Assembly: GCA_002699515.1 (NCBI GenBank)
Contig: PAAW01000025.1
Span: 29,000-92,999, forward strand
Reading direction: 5' to 3'
Length of the DNA stretch: 64,000 nt
Source: Methanobacteriota archaeon
Lineage (GTDB): Archaea > Thermoplasmatota > Poseidoniia > Poseidoniales > Poseidoniaceae
How positions within the stretch are numbered: position 1 is the stretch's first letter; every line of letters begins with the position of its first letter. Shown one piece after another: positions 48,301 to 58,520 of the stretch. Under the pieces are notes generated by a model. That model ran no database searches. It had not been told where the DNA came from and saw only the letters and a program-made list of their open reading frames with translations. Both the position numbers and the translations under genes were made by a program.

Positions 48301-48966
48301 ATGCACAGACACGGTATGAGCAAAACTCTACTTTTTTTGCTGATTTTTTCCTTGTTAATACCGTCAGGAAGTAGTCATGATGCAAGCGCATTAACAACAA
48401 ATATCAAACAATTAAATGTAGAGCCAAATACTGCAACTATTTTGGTTGGTGATAGTGTCTATTGGATTAATCTTGATAGTAGAGATAATGTGACTCATAG
48501 GATTGTTTTAGATTCAAATGGAGACGGACTTTATAATGGAACAAATGAATGGGATTCAGGAACATTATTAGCATGGACATCAAATGGAACATGTATTGAT
48601 GAAACAGGAAATAAAACACCTGACTGTGCAGTAACTTTTGAAGTATATTTTAATGACACAGCAGATATAGGAACTTATGTATATACAGATATGATTTATT
48701 TGAATGATACGCTTGTTGAAAGTAGAAATTTTACAATAATTGTAAAAGCAGATTCACATATGGATGCAATTAATACATATTGTTTTGGTGATGATTGTGA
48801 TGACGACAAAGTCGATCAATCAGCAATAGAACCTGCAGATAAGATTCAAAATGAAAAACCATATTGGTTATTATTTGTATCAGGCGGAACTGGGCTTTTA
48901 GCATTACTTTTAGGATTGAAGATGGTATTTTCACCTACTAATTTACAATATTATCAAGAAGAATAG
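48301..48966 (+). CDS. small secreted β-sandwich glycoprotein with C-terminal TM anchor, hypothetical
   Basis: Signal peptide, multiple sequons and a C-terminal hydrophobic segment. The N-terminal ILVGDSVYWIN..HRIV motif is cupredoxin-like, but the C-terminal Cys/His/Met copper ligands are absent. Confidence 0.45.
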   Translation: MHRHGMSKTLLFLLIFSLLIPSGSSHDASALTTNIKQLNVEPNTATILVGDSVYWINLDSRDNVTHRIVLDSNGDGLYNGTNEWDSGTLLAWTSNGTCIDETGNKTPDCAVTFEVYFNDTADIGTYVYTDMIYLNDTLVESRNFTIIVKADSHMDAINTYCFGDDCDDDKVDQSAIEPADKIQNEKPYWLLFVSGGTGLLALLLGLKMVFSPTNLQYYQEE

Positions 48967-48997
48967 ATGTAGATTTAGGTAATGGATTTGATTAAAT

Positions 48998-49735
48998 ATG
49001 GGTAAGCAAATAAGACATGATCATCTTCCATTTCCAATGCCAAAAAGATCACATTCACTTATTCAAGAATGGCGTAATTTGAGCTTTTTACATTGGGAAG
49101 TTGAACCTGAAAAATTGAAACAATATATTCCAGAAGATGTAGAAATAGATTATTTCAATGGCAAATCATATGTTGGAGTAATTCCGTTTTTAATGAAGAA
49201 TGTAAGACCAAGATATTTGCCTTCAGTCCCAGGAATATCAACATTCCCTGAATTTAATATTAGGACATATGTGAAGAAGAATGGGAAGACAGGGGTTCTT
49301 TTTTTGACATTAGATGCTCAAAGTAGAGTTACTTGTGCATATGCACCAAGAGCTTATGGGTTGCCTTACAATTATGCCAAGTGCAAATTAAAGATTAAAG
49401 AAGATTTCTTTGAATGGGAATCAAGAAGATCAAAAGAGGGATTTGAATTAAAGGGAACATGCATTGCAATTAGTGAGGAAATGCAGGCTGAACCTAATAC
49501 AATAGAGGACTTTTTGTTTGAGAGATACTCATTATATGTGAAACATAAGAATAAATCTAAAATGGCATATACATTACACGATCCTTGGAAATTTAAGGAA
49601 GGTAAAGCAACTTTGAGTGTTAATACACTTACAGAATCTTATGATCTAGGAATAAAAAATCCATTAATCCCAGACCTTGTACATATGTCAAATGGTGTTT
49701 ATGTACATACATGGTCTATTGAATCTACGGAGTGA
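48998..49735 (+). CDS. DUF2071 (COG3361)-like conserved protein
   Basis: WRNLSFLHWEV..LKQYIP..YVGVIPF..NVR matches the DUF2071 N-terminal pattern (recalled from memory). Confidence 0.45.
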   Translation: MGKQIRHDHLPFPMPKRSHSLIQEWRNLSFLHWEVEPEKLKQYIPEDVEIDYFNGKSYVGVIPFLMKNVRPRYLPSVPGISTFPEFNIRTYVKKNGKTGVLFLTLDAQSRVTCAYAPRAYGLPYNYAKCKLKIKEDFFEWESRRSKEGFELKGTCIAISEEMQAEPNTIEDFLFERYSLYVKHKNKSKMAYTLHDPWKFKEGKATLSVNTLTESYDLGIKNPLIPDLVHMSNGVYVHTWSIESTE

Positions 49736-50124
49736 TTAAAATGATTAGAGGAAAAGATGCATTATTACTTGATGGAGAATGTGGATTATGCAATAAAGTA
49801 GCAATTTTTGTCAACAAACGAAAATCCTTAAAAAAAGAGATAGACTATCTTTCAATAGAATCAGAAGAAGCACAGGAATTAATTGCTAAATTTACTGTAA
49901 AACAAAAAAATGCAGACACTGTATATTTGATACGGAATGGCAAACCATATATTCGTTCAGCAGCAGGTATTAGAATTCTTCTTTATCTGAAATGGTATTA
50001 TGCAATATGGTATCCAATTTGTTGGTTATTTCCTTTACCTCTCCGCGACATTGTATATCGGATTATTGCAATTAATAGGCATAGGTTTTTTAAAAAACCT
50101 GATGTGTGTTTATTCAAAAAATAA
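49732..50124 (+). CDS. thiol-disulfide oxidoreductase DCC (DUF393) family protein
   Basis: LLDGECGLCNKVAIFV contains the DxxCxxC motif. The track start is a GTG; ATG 49741 is possible. It overlaps the stop of the upstream gene by 4 nt. Confidence 0.6.
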   Translation: MIKMIRGKDALLLDGECGLCNKVAIFVNKRKSLKKEIDYLSIESEEAQELIAKFTVKQKNADTVYLIRNGKPYIRSAAGIRILLYLKWYYAIWYPICWLFPLPLRDIVYRIIAINRHRFFKKPDVCLFKK

Positions 50125-50126
50125 AA

Positions 50127-52145
50127 TTATTCTTTTGGTGTTAAATTATACCCTTGCTTTTTTGAATTAATTTCTTCAAGTAATTCAGAAATAAAATCAT
50201 TGATTGCAATACCATTTCTTTGAGCATTATTTAATCCTCGAATGCTAACTTGATTATTATTAATTTCTTCGTCACCAATAATTAGAGTATAAGGAGGTTT
50301 TAATTTCCTCAATGTTTTTATTTTTTTACCAATAGTTGAATCAGAGAAATCTGTGTCAACTCTTACTCCTAATGAATGTAATTTTTCTGCAATTTGAGTT
50401 CCATAATCTGAATGTTTTTCAGAAATTGTTGCAATTGCAACTTGTGTTGGAGAGAGCCAAGTAGGAAATTTCCCTGCAAAATGTTCAATTAAAACACCAC
50501 AAAATCGTTCCATTGAACCAAATGGTGCTCTATGAATCATTACAGGTCGATGCTGTTCTCCATCAGAACCAGCATATTGTAAATCAAACCTTTCTGGTAA
50601 ATTATAATCAACTTGTACAGTTCCAAGTTGCCATTCCCTTCCAAGGACATCTTTTACTACAAAATCAATTTTTGGCCCATAAAATGCTGCTTCGCCAGGC
50701 TCCTCTAAGAATTCCACACCAAGGGATTTCGCAGCATTTCTACATGCTTCTTCGGCAGAATCCCAAAGAGTTCCTGAACCTACATATTTACTGCTGTCAG
50801 GGTCTCTTAAACCTACACGAACCCGATAGTTTTCCATACCTAATGTTGAGAATATAGTCTTGACTAAACTGAGGCACCCTAGTAATTCCTCTTCAATTTG
50901 ATCTTTACGACAAAATAAGTGAGCATCATCTTGTGTAAATCCTCTAACTCTAGTCATACCACTTATTTCTCCAGATTGCTCCCAACGATATACAGTTCCG
51001 AATTCAGCCAACCGTAGTGGTAAATCTCTGTAAGATCTCGGTTGAGAGGAATATATCTTGATGTGGTGTGGGCAATTCATAGGTTTCAAAAGATACCCAT
51101 TAAATTCACCTTCCTTCATTTTATTTGCTAAATCCGAACATGAGCATCCCTCATCAGCAAACTTTTTCATTTCATCATGATCAATTAATGGGGGGTATTG
51201 ACTTTCTTGATAATAGGGAAAATGTCCACTTGCTCGATAAAGATCTAATTTTCCGATATGGGGGGTAAAAACTTGTTTGTAATATTGTTTATGAAGTTCT
51301 GAAGAAATAAAATTTTGTAGTTCCTGACGAACACTTGCACCTCTTGGAGTCCATAGGATTAATCCTTGTCCAACTGTTTCATCTATGTGGAATAATTGCA
51401 TATCTTTACCAATTACTCTATGATCTCTTAATTTTGCTTCAGACAATTGCCTAATACGTTCCTTTAGTAATTCTTTGGTAGGATATACCATTCCATAAAT
51501 TCTAATTAATTGATCATTAGATTGGTCACCCCTCCAATATGCTGAAGAAATTGATGTCAATTTGAAGTGCATTAGATTGGAGGTAAAAGGAACATGAGGG
51601 CCTAAGCATAAATCAACAAAATCCCCTTGCTTGTATAGGCTGGATCCTTCACCTGCCTCTAATTTATCATTAATAATTTCAATTTTGTAAGGGTTATCTT
51701 TGAAAATTTCTTTTAATTCATCTTCTGTATATTCAAAGCGTTGAATATTCAAATTTTTCCTGCATATTTCACCCATTTTTTTCTCAATTAATTTTAATTC
51801 ATCGTCCCCTATGTTTTCCATGGAAAAATCATAGTAAAATCCATTTTCAATTGCAGGACCAATTGTAGGTTTTGCGTTAGGAAATAATTCAGTAACTGCC
51901 TGTGCTAATAAGTGGGCACAAGAATGTCTTAAGACATGCATCCCTTCTTCAGAATCAGCCTTAATTCCAGATATTTCACAATCTGTTGATAATTCAAACG
52001 AAAGGTCTCTTTCAACACCATCAATAATTGCAGCAACACAACCATGTTTTCTTCCATGAATATCTGAGATTACTTCTGCCGCAGTAATGCCTGAAGCATA
52101 TTCATTGACTTCTTTAGTCTCCAAGAGAACTGATATCAGTGACAT
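50127..52145 (-). CDS. thrS: threonyl-tRNA synthetase, bacterial-type domain architecture
   Basis: N-terminal TGS domain, then an N2 editing domain with HSCAHLLAQAV, a class II catalytic core and a C-terminal anticodon-binding domain. 672 aa. Confidence 0.9.
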   Translation of the reverse strand: MSLISVLLETKEVNEYASGITAAEVISDIHGRKHGCVAAIIDGVERDLSFELSTDCEISGIKADSEEGMHVLRHSCAHLLAQAVTELFPNAKPTIGPAIENGFYYDFSMENIGDDELKLIEKKMGEICRKNLNIQRFEYTEDELKEIFKDNPYKIEIINDKLEAGEGSSLYKQGDFVDLCLGPHVPFTSNLMHFKLTSISSAYWRGDQSNDQLIRIYGMVYPTKELLKERIRQLSEAKLRDHRVIGKDMQLFHIDETVGQGLILWTPRGASVRQELQNFISSELHKQYYKQVFTPHIGKLDLYRASGHFPYYQESQYPPLIDHDEMKKFADEGCSCSDLANKMKEGEFNGYLLKPMNCPHHIKIYSSQPRSYRDLPLRLAEFGTVYRWEQSGEISGMTRVRGFTQDDAHLFCRKDQIEEELLGCLSLVKTIFSTLGMENYRVRVGLRDPDSSKYVGSGTLWDSAEEACRNAAKSLGVEFLEEPGEAAFYGPKIDFVVKDVLGREWQLGTVQVDYNLPERFDLQYAGSDGEQHRPVMIHRAPFGSMERFCGVLIEHFAGKFPTWLSPTQVAIATISEKHSDYGTQIAEKLHSLGVRVDTDFSDSTIGKKIKTLRKLKPPYTLIIGDEEINNNQVSIRGLNNAQRNGIAINDFISELLEEINSKKQGYNLTPKE

Positions 52146-52204
52146 GGTTCTGATACTTGCGTTTATGTGGTTATATTTGACAACGCCGCCTTATCTTACA
52201 CTAG

Positions 52205-53398
52205 TTGAGTTATTATGGTGCTTCGTCACGTAGTGTCGTGGCGCGAATTGGTGTACTGGTAAATCCTGATGCAGGCCTCGGTGGGAAATTAGGCTTCAAA
52301 GGTAGTGATGGTCGTGCTGAGGAGGCACGAAACTCAGGTGCCAAAGATCGTGCTGGACCAAGAATGAAGGAAACTTTAACTAATATTTTTGAATTAATTA
52401 TGTTAGGAAGATGTGCAGAATTTGAATTAATCATTTGTGGCGGGAAAATGGGTTCAGATTGGATAAAAGATATCAAATTTAAAGAAACAAAAATAGTTGG
52501 TAATTGGAAAGGTAAGACTACTTCTGAAGATACCTTAAAAGCTGTAGAATTAATTTTGGAAGAAAACATAGATTTGTTACTTTATGCTGGAGGAGATGGG
52601 ACTACAAGAGATATTGTTGAAAAATTAGAGTCATTAAATGCATCCAATATTCCATTGATCGGCGTACCTTCAGGAGTTAAGATGTATTCGGGTTGTTTTG
52701 CAGAGGATACTAATGCTGCAGCAGAAGTTTTAGTTGCATGGATTAATGGAGAATTAGGGTTCTCAACAACAGAAGTACTTGATATGGATGAAGAATCTTA
52801 TCGAAATGGGGAATGGAAGATTGATATGTTTGGGCAAGCAATAACTCCAGCAAGCCCGCTATGGATCCAAGGAAGTAAACATCAAATCCAGGCCATAGGA
52901 GAAGAAGAAGTAATCGAATCATTAAGTGAACATATTTCTGAAATATATATTCAGAATAAAGATAGCATTATTATTTGGGGAGCGGGAGGTAGTCTCAATA
53001 AAATTGCAAAACTTTGTGGTTTGAATACTACATTACTTGGAATTGATATAAGTCAAGGGAATCAATTAATAGGAACTGATTTATCAGAAAATGAGATAAT
53101 AGAAATATTAGAAAATAATGATAAAAGTGAGTTAGTATTATTATTATCTCCAATGGGAGGTCAAGGATTTTTAATTGGTAGAGGCAATTTACAATTATCT
53201 CCCTTAGTATTAAGAAAAATAGGAATTGAAAATATAATGGGTGTTGCTACACCAGCAAAATTGCTTTCAATTTCTAGAATAAGAATTGACACAGGAGATA
53301 CATTGTTAGATAAAGAAATTAGAGGAAAAAAATATATTAAAATGATACAAGGTTATAGGACTATTAAAATTGTAAAAATTGATTCTCCAAATAATTAA
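52205..53398 (+). CDS. ATP-NAD kinase/DAG-kinase-like fold protein (COG3199-type)
   Basis: [12 protein letters not shown] and the [13 protein letters not shown] (GGDGT) motif. The track start is TTG 52205; GTG 52238 ([10 protein letters not shown]) is a plausible alternative. Confidence 0.55.
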   Translation: MSYYGASSRSVVARIGVLVNPDAGLGGKLGFKGSDGRAEEARNSGAKDRAGPRMKETLTNIFELIMLGRCAEFELIICGGKMGSDWIKDIKFKETKIVGNWKGKTTSEDTLKAVELILEENIDLLLYAGGDGTTRDIVEKLESLNASNIPLIGVPSGVKMYSGCFAEDTNAAAEVLVAWINGELGFSTTEVLDMDEESYRNGEWKIDMFGQAITPASPLWIQGSKHQIQAIGEEEVIESLSEHISEIYIQNKDSIIIWGAGGSLNKIAKLCGLNTTLLGIDISQGNQLIGTDLSENEIIEILENNDKSELVLLLSPMGGQGFLIGRGNLQLSPLVLRKIGIENIMGVATPAKLLSISRIRIDTGDTLLDKEIRGKKYIKMIQGYRTIKIVKIDSPNN

Positions 53399-55047
53399 AG
53401 TTGCTTTGATGCAGCCATTAATAAACCATAAAACGGCGGACTTGGTTTTGTAGGTCTGGTTTTAAATTCAGGATGATATTGAGTAGCGAAGAAAAACGGG
53501 TGATTTGAAAGCTCAATAATTTCCATACGCTGCCCAGTTTCATCTTTGCCTACAAAATTCATGCCCGAGGATTCAACCTTTTCAATAATATCTGGATTAA
53601 CTTCATATCTATGTCGATGTCTTTCAAAAACTATTTTGGCACCGTTATACAATCTTGAAGCCATACTTTTTCCGTCTTTGATTATTGTTCCTCGAGAACC
53701 TAATCGCATAGTTCCTCCAAGGTGTGTTTTGGATATTTCAGGCATATAAATTACAACAGGATGAGGAGTATTATCATTGAATTCTGTTGAATTAGCACTC
53801 TCCCATTTCAAAACATTCCTACAAAATTCAATAATTGCTATTTGTAATCCTAAGCAAATTCCAAGATATGGTGTAGATGAGGTACGTGCATATTCAGCAG
53901 CTAATATTTTTCCTTCAATTCCTCTGTCACCAAATCCACCAGGAACTAAAATGCCATCTGCGTTTTTCAATCTCTCCCAAGAGTCTGCATGAATTTGCGG
54001 ATCTGATTTAGCAACATTTTCTTCTAGGTTACTTGCCTCAATCCATTCGATTACTAACTTTCTAGATGCAGCGATAGATGCATGATTTAATGCTTTAATT
54101 ACTGATAAATAAGAATCCGAGAGGCCTGTATATTTCCCAACCATTGCAATGCAAATTTCTTCAGTAAGGTCATCTACATTTGTAGCCATTTCCCTCCAAT
54201 TATCTAATAGGGACCTCTCTACAGGAATCTTAAAACCAAATTTTTGTGAAAGTAGAACTAATACACCTTGTTGATCAAGTAAAAGTGGTACTCGGTAAAT
54301 ATTTGAAACATCACTTGCAGATAATACGGCATTAGGTTTAACATGACAAAACAAAGCAATTTTTTGTCTCGCATCTTCAGACAAGGGACTTTCTGAACGG
54401 CAAATAATGATATTTGGAGTAATACCCAAACCTCTTAAATCACGCACGGAGTGTTGAGTAGGTTTGGTTTTTTGTTCACCAACTGGGCCCATTACTGGGA
54501 TTAGAGATACATGAACAAAGCAAATATTTTCAGGCCCTACTCTAAATTGAAATTGTCTCAGAGCTTCAATAAATGGTGCACTTTCTATGTCTCCAACAGT
54601 TCCACCTAATTCTACAACACATACATCAGGAGTTTTATTCGTTCCATCTTCAGGTCTGTGTGCAACTTCTTCGATCCAATCTTGAATTGAATCGGTAATG
54701 TGAGGCACGACTTGTACAGTTTTCCCAAGATAATCACCTCTCCTTTCAGATTCAATTACTTTAGAATATATTTTACCTGTTGTTAGATTATTATCTCGTC
54801 CTAAAGTTACATCAAGAAAACGTTCATAATTACCTAAATCTAAATCTGCTTCTCCGCCGTCATCCAAAACAAAAACTTCCCCATGTTCAAAGGGACTCAT
54901 TGTACCAGCATCACTATTCAAATAAGGGTCTATTTTAATCGCAGTTACGCATAATCCTGCTGATTTTAGCAATACGCCAAGACTGGAGGCAGTTACACCT
55001 TTCCCTAATCCACTTAGGACTCCACCCGACACTATGACGTATTTCAT
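53395..55047 (-). CDS. pyrG: CTP synthase
   Basis: [18 protein letters not shown]-terminus. The C-terminal class I glutamine amidotransferase domain has the GICLGLQ catalytic Cys. Confidence 0.95.
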   Translation of the reverse strand: MKYVIVSGGVLSGLGKGVTASSLGVLLKSAGLCVTAIKIDPYLNSDAGTMSPFEHGEVFVLDDGGEADLDLGNYERFLDVTLGRDNNLTTGKIYSKVIESERRGDYLGKTVQVVPHITDSIQDWIEEVAHRPEDGTNKTPDVCVVELGGTVGDIESAPFIEALRQFQFRVGPENICFVHVSLIPVMGPVGEQKTKPTQHSVRDLRGLGITPNIIICRSESPLSEDARQKIALFCHVKPNAVLSASDVSNIYRVPLLLDQQGVLVLLSQKFGFKIPVERSLLDNWREMATNVDDLTEEICIAMVGKYTGLSDSYLSVIKALNHASIAASRKLVIEWIEASNLEENVAKSDPQIHADSWERLKNADGILVPGGFGDRGIEGKILAAEYARTSSTPYLGICLGLQIAIIEFCRNVLKWESANSTEFNDNTPHPVVIYMPEISKTHLGGTMRLGSRGTIIKDGKSMASRLYNGAKIVFERHRHRYEVNPDIIEKVESSGMNFVGKDETGQRMEIIELSNHPFFFATQYHPEFKTRPTKPSPPFYGLLMAASKQL

Positions 55048-55173
55048 GCCATCAACGGGGTACTAATCCCTTCGTCCCCTTTAATTATCATTTTGTTTAA
55101 TTTTGATTTTTAAGCACTAAATTTCACAATTAGCACCTTTAGATTCAAGTATCGACTATCTTGTAGAAGGGTT

Positions 55174-56121
55174 ATGGGGGAGACTATAGAAAGAAGAATT
55201 TTAGTCACAGGTGCCCTCGGCCAAATTGGAATAGAATTATTAAATGCTTTATCAAATAAATTTGGTCCTGAAAGTATTGTTGCTACAGATATTCGCGAAA
55301 CAGATAAGTTAGAGGATACTGGAATCAGGTTTTTAAAATTAGATGTACTTGATTTAGAAAAATTAGAGAGTCTAATCAAAGAATTTAAAATTAATGAAGT
55401 GTATCATCTAGCAGCAATTTTATCTGCAGCTGGTGAAAAAAATCCAGAATTATGTTGGAAAATAAATATGGATGGATTATTGAATGTTTTAGAATTATCA
55501 CGAAAATATAAATTTAGAATCTTTACTCCTTCATCAATTGCAGTTTTCGGTTCAGATGTAGGTAATCTAGCTTTTCAAAATTCACCATTAAACCCCTCTA
55601 CAATATATGGAGTCACAAAGGTTGCAGGTGAATTAATTTCGGAGTATTATCATTCAGTACACGGTGTTGATATCAGAGGATTACGTTATCCGGGACTTAT
55701 TTCATGGAAAGTAATGCCAGGAGGAGGAACTACAGATTATGCAGTTGAAATTTTTCATGAGGCTATTTCATCAAAAAAATACACTTGTTTTGTTGAAAAA
55801 GATACCAGACTTCCAATGATGTATATGGATGATGCGATTAGGGCAACACTCCAATTAATGGATGCTCCAAGCGAAAATCTCACAATACGAGGAGGCTATA
55901 ATTTACCTAGTTTAAATTTCACTGCAGAAGAATTATCACAAAAAATACAAGAAAAGATACCAGGATTTGAATGTGCATTTGTCCCAGATCATCGTCAAGA
56001 ATATGCAAATACATGGCCAGATGAAACGGATGGAACACTATCAGAACTAGAGTGGGGGTTTAAATTAGAGTATGATTTAGATTTAATGTGTACAAAAATG
56101 ATAGAATCATTAAGTAAATGA
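55174..56121 (+). CDS. tdh: NAD-dependent epimerase/dehydratase-fold L-threonine 3-dehydrogenase-like protein
   Basis: RILVTGALGQIGIELLNALSNKFGPESIVATDIR parallels SDR-type TDH (VLITGGLGQLG..LRKRFG..VILSDIR). A YxxxK catalytic pair is present. Confidence 0.55.
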   Translation: MGETIERRILVTGALGQIGIELLNALSNKFGPESIVATDIRETDKLEDTGIRFLKLDVLDLEKLESLIKEFKINEVYHLAAILSAAGEKNPELCWKINMDGLLNVLELSRKYKFRIFTPSSIAVFGSDVGNLAFQNSPLNPSTIYGVTKVAGELISEYYHSVHGVDIRGLRYPGLISWKVMPGGGTTDYAVEIFHEAISSKKYTCFVEKDTRLPMMYMDDAIRATLQLMDAPSENLTIRGGYNLPSLNFTAEELSQKIQEKIPGFECAFVPDHRQEYANTWPDETDGTLSELEWGFKLEYDLDLMCTKMIESLSK

Positions 56122-56124
56122 TTA

Positions 56125-57753
56125 TTATTCATGATCTTCTTCTTCACCAATGCCTTCAGGAATAGTAGGATCATTTTTTGCCCAAAGAACATCATCAATT
56201 CTCAATATACTTATTGCTGCAGAAGTAGATCCCGCTAAGCATTGTTTATGATTCTGTATTGTTTCTATGACACCTAAATCGTACATATTTGATATCGTAG
56301 AATTATGAATATTTATTCCTAATTTACTAGAGAGGCCAGACTTTGCAGAAGCCTGTGCAGCATTTAGTGCTAATATTTGGTCAATAGGATCCAACCCCGC
56401 ATTAATTGCTAATGTACGAGGTATGATTTCCAAAGCATCAGCATATGCAAGTATTGCAAGAGACTCTCTCCCTTCAAATTCTTGTGACCATTCTTTCAAA
56501 GTTCTACTTAATGCCATCTGAGTTGCTCCCCCCCCAGAAAGAACTTTTCCATTTTCAATTATTTGGCATGCGACAGCCAAAGCATCTGAAAATGAAATTT
56601 CTATTTCTTGTATTAGTTGTTCACTGCTCCCTCTAATTACTAAAGTAACACCACTTTGTTTTGTTCCCTTTAGAATCCAATGCACAACTCCAGCCCAGTT
56701 TTCTTCATAACTTTCACAAAAGATTCCCAAATCACTTTTTTTTGCAGACATTGGTGATGCTACAATGGATGCAGAACAGGCTCTTGACAATAGTTCGAAA
56801 TCATTTCTTTCAACTCTCCGGTAAGCAGTAATTCCACTTTTTTCTAATAGTCGGATAGCAGCATCATCAATACCCTCTCTACACACAACAATGGTAGGTT
56901 TTAGTTGAATTATATTTTCTATTTGTTTTGATATTAATTCTAACTCTTTATCTCTAAAGGCAGATATCATTGATGGATCCGAGAAATTAATTTTTGATTG
57001 AATTGTAGTTTTTCTTTTTTCAATTCCTCCATCAATAATTAATATGGTTCCCTCTTCATGATTTCTTTTCATATCTGGACTACATGCCTGCTTTGCAAGA
57101 ACTAATCCTTCCACAAGGTAACTGTCAGTCGCAACACCACCTTTTTGGGAAATAATTTTCACATTATTTGGATTTGCGGTAATTCCACTATTCTGAGATA
57201 TTGAGATGCCTTTTGCTGCTTTACATGTTAATCTCGTAAGAGTATCTTGTAACTTTAATCCCCCAATTCCAGATAGAGATGTTTTCGTAGCAGATTCTAA
57301 GAGATTATCTTCAGTAATTTTAATTGCAAATTTTTCAATTAATTCATTACATTTGTTATATGCAAGAGAATATCCATTTACTATAATTGATGGATGAATC
57401 CCCTTGACATATAATTCCCAAGCATTTTGTAATAATTCAGAAGCTAATAAGACGGAGGTTGTTGTACCGTCTTGAACAGTATTTTCCTGATTAATAGCAA
57501 TATCAATTAGCATTTTAGCAATAGGATGTTCAATTTTCGCATTTTTTAATACTGTCACACCATCATTCGTGATTTTCACAGATCCATTGTCAGAAACTAG
57601 CATTTTATCTAGGCCTTTGGGACCCAAAGTCGATTTTATTGCTTCAGATAATGCATCCGCAGCCTCAATATTTCGGAATAAAGCCTCTTTTCCTTTGATA
57701 CGACTTGTATCATTCAATAACTGGGCTTCATCTCCTCCACTCATTTCAAACAA
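56125..57753 (-). CDS. ths: thermosome subunit (group II chaperonin)
   Basis: IKSTLGPKGLDKMLV and the GDGTTTSV ATP-binding motif. The apical and equatorial domain pattern is present. 542 aa. Confidence 0.9.
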   Translation of the reverse strand: MFEMSGGDEAQLLNDTSRIKGKEALFRNIEAADALSEAIKSTLGPKGLDKMLVSDNGSVKITNDGVTVLKNAKIEHPIAKMLIDIAINQENTVQDGTTTSVLLASELLQNAWELYVKGIHPSIIVNGYSLAYNKCNELIEKFAIKITEDNLLESATKTSLSGIGGLKLQDTLTRLTCKAAKGISISQNSGITANPNNVKIISQKGGVATDSYLVEGLVLAKQACSPDMKRNHEEGTILIIDGGIEKRKTTIQSKINFSDPSMISAFRDKELELISKQIENIIQLKPTIVVCREGIDDAAIRLLEKSGITAYRRVERNDFELLSRACSASIVASPMSAKKSDLGIFCESYEENWAGVVHWILKGTKQSGVTLVIRGSSEQLIQEIEISFSDALAVACQIIENGKVLSGGGATQMALSRTLKEWSQEFEGRESLAILAYADALEIIPRTLAINAGLDPIDQILALNAAQASAKSGLSSKLGINIHNSTISNMYDLGVIETIQNHKQCLAGSTSAAISILRIDDVLWAKNDPTIPEGIGEEEDHE

Positions 57754-57833
57754 TGGGTCGAATTAACAGTTAGTATTAAGCCCATCTGAAAAGTGTTTGA
57801 TTGTTGATACAAATGTAAATTTAACTCTAAATG

Positions 57834-57850
57834 AAAAAATGTTTATATAT
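57834..57850 (+). promoter_or_regulatory. candidate BRE/TATA promoter (aaaaaatg tttatata) for the Hsp20-like and dnaK transcript
   Basis: tttatata at 57843-57850 lies ~42 nt upstream of ATG 57892. A GGAGTG SD sits at 57879-57884. It is in the divergent intergenic region shared with the thermosome gene. Confidence 0.4.
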
Positions 57851-57891
57851 CTCCACTATACAACCTCAGGTTACCTAGTGGAGTGATAAGC

Positions 57892-58518
57892 ATGTCCGAC
57901 GAAGCAAGTGACAAATTTGAAGACGAAGTAATCAAACAATTAATGGAATTATTTTCTGGAATGAATTTACCTATGGATGAAAAAATATTTGGAAATATGG
58001 TTAAGGACATGATTAAACAATTTGATATGATGGGCATAGATCCAGAAAAGTTTAATTCAAAAGATGTCAATTTCAATATTGATATAAGTTCAATTAAAGA
58101 TGCAATTTCTGGTGGTGCAGATATAGCTGAAATGTTCAACAACCTTGGATTTAAAGTTGAACAGAGACCAATTAAGAAGAAAGAAACAGTGAATATAGAC
58201 ATTAAAGAAGAATCAGGAATGGAAGAGATTCAAAATTTACCTACAGCAGATTGGTATCTTGATGGTTGGCATTTACATGCAACAACAGATGTATCTAAGT
58301 ACGATATTGTTAGCGATGAGATATCCTTACATTTAGTAAATAATGGTAAATTATTAGAAATATTTTCAACATCTCAAGTTTCCCCACTCAAGAGAATAAG
58401 TCTTCCACAATCATGTGATACTCTTGAAGAATGGGATTTAAATAATGGAATTTTAGATATGAAACTTAAGCTTAGACCACCAAGCTCTAGTGGAATGATT
58501 AGTATAGAGGAGGAATAA
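57892..58518 (+). CDS. small heat-shock protein (Hsp20/α-crystallin domain) with acidic N-terminal extension
   Basis: The C-terminal half ([53 protein letters not shown]) follows the ACD pattern, ending in the NGVL-I-lPK-like motif. The track start GTG 57883 was replaced by ATG 57892. It lies 3 nt upstream of dnaK. Confidence 0.45.
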   Translation: MSDEASDKFEDEVIKQLMELFSGMNLPMDEKIFGNMVKDMIKQFDMMGIDPEKFNSKDVNFNIDISSIKDAISGGADIAEMFNNLGFKVEQRPIKKKETVNIDIKEESGMEEIQNLPTADWYLDGWHLHATTDVSKYDIVSDEISLHLVNNGKLLEIFSTSQVSPLKRISLPQSCDTLEEWDLNNGILDMKLKLRPPSSSGMISIEEE

Positions 58519-58520
58519 AA

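Noticed and set aside
48301-48966. Cupredoxin/plastocyanin-like copper protein
   Set aside because: The N-terminal VGDSVYWIN..HRIV motif is cupredoxin-like, but the C-terminal C-x-x-H-x-x-x-x-M copper-ligand loop is absent. I call it only a secreted β-sandwich protein.
57892-58518. Could the gene upstream of dnaK be a divergent grpE?
   Set aside because: It has no long N-terminal paired helix or four-helix bundle. The C-terminal half instead follows the α-crystallin/Hsp20 pattern. It is retained as Hsp20-like with moderate confidence.
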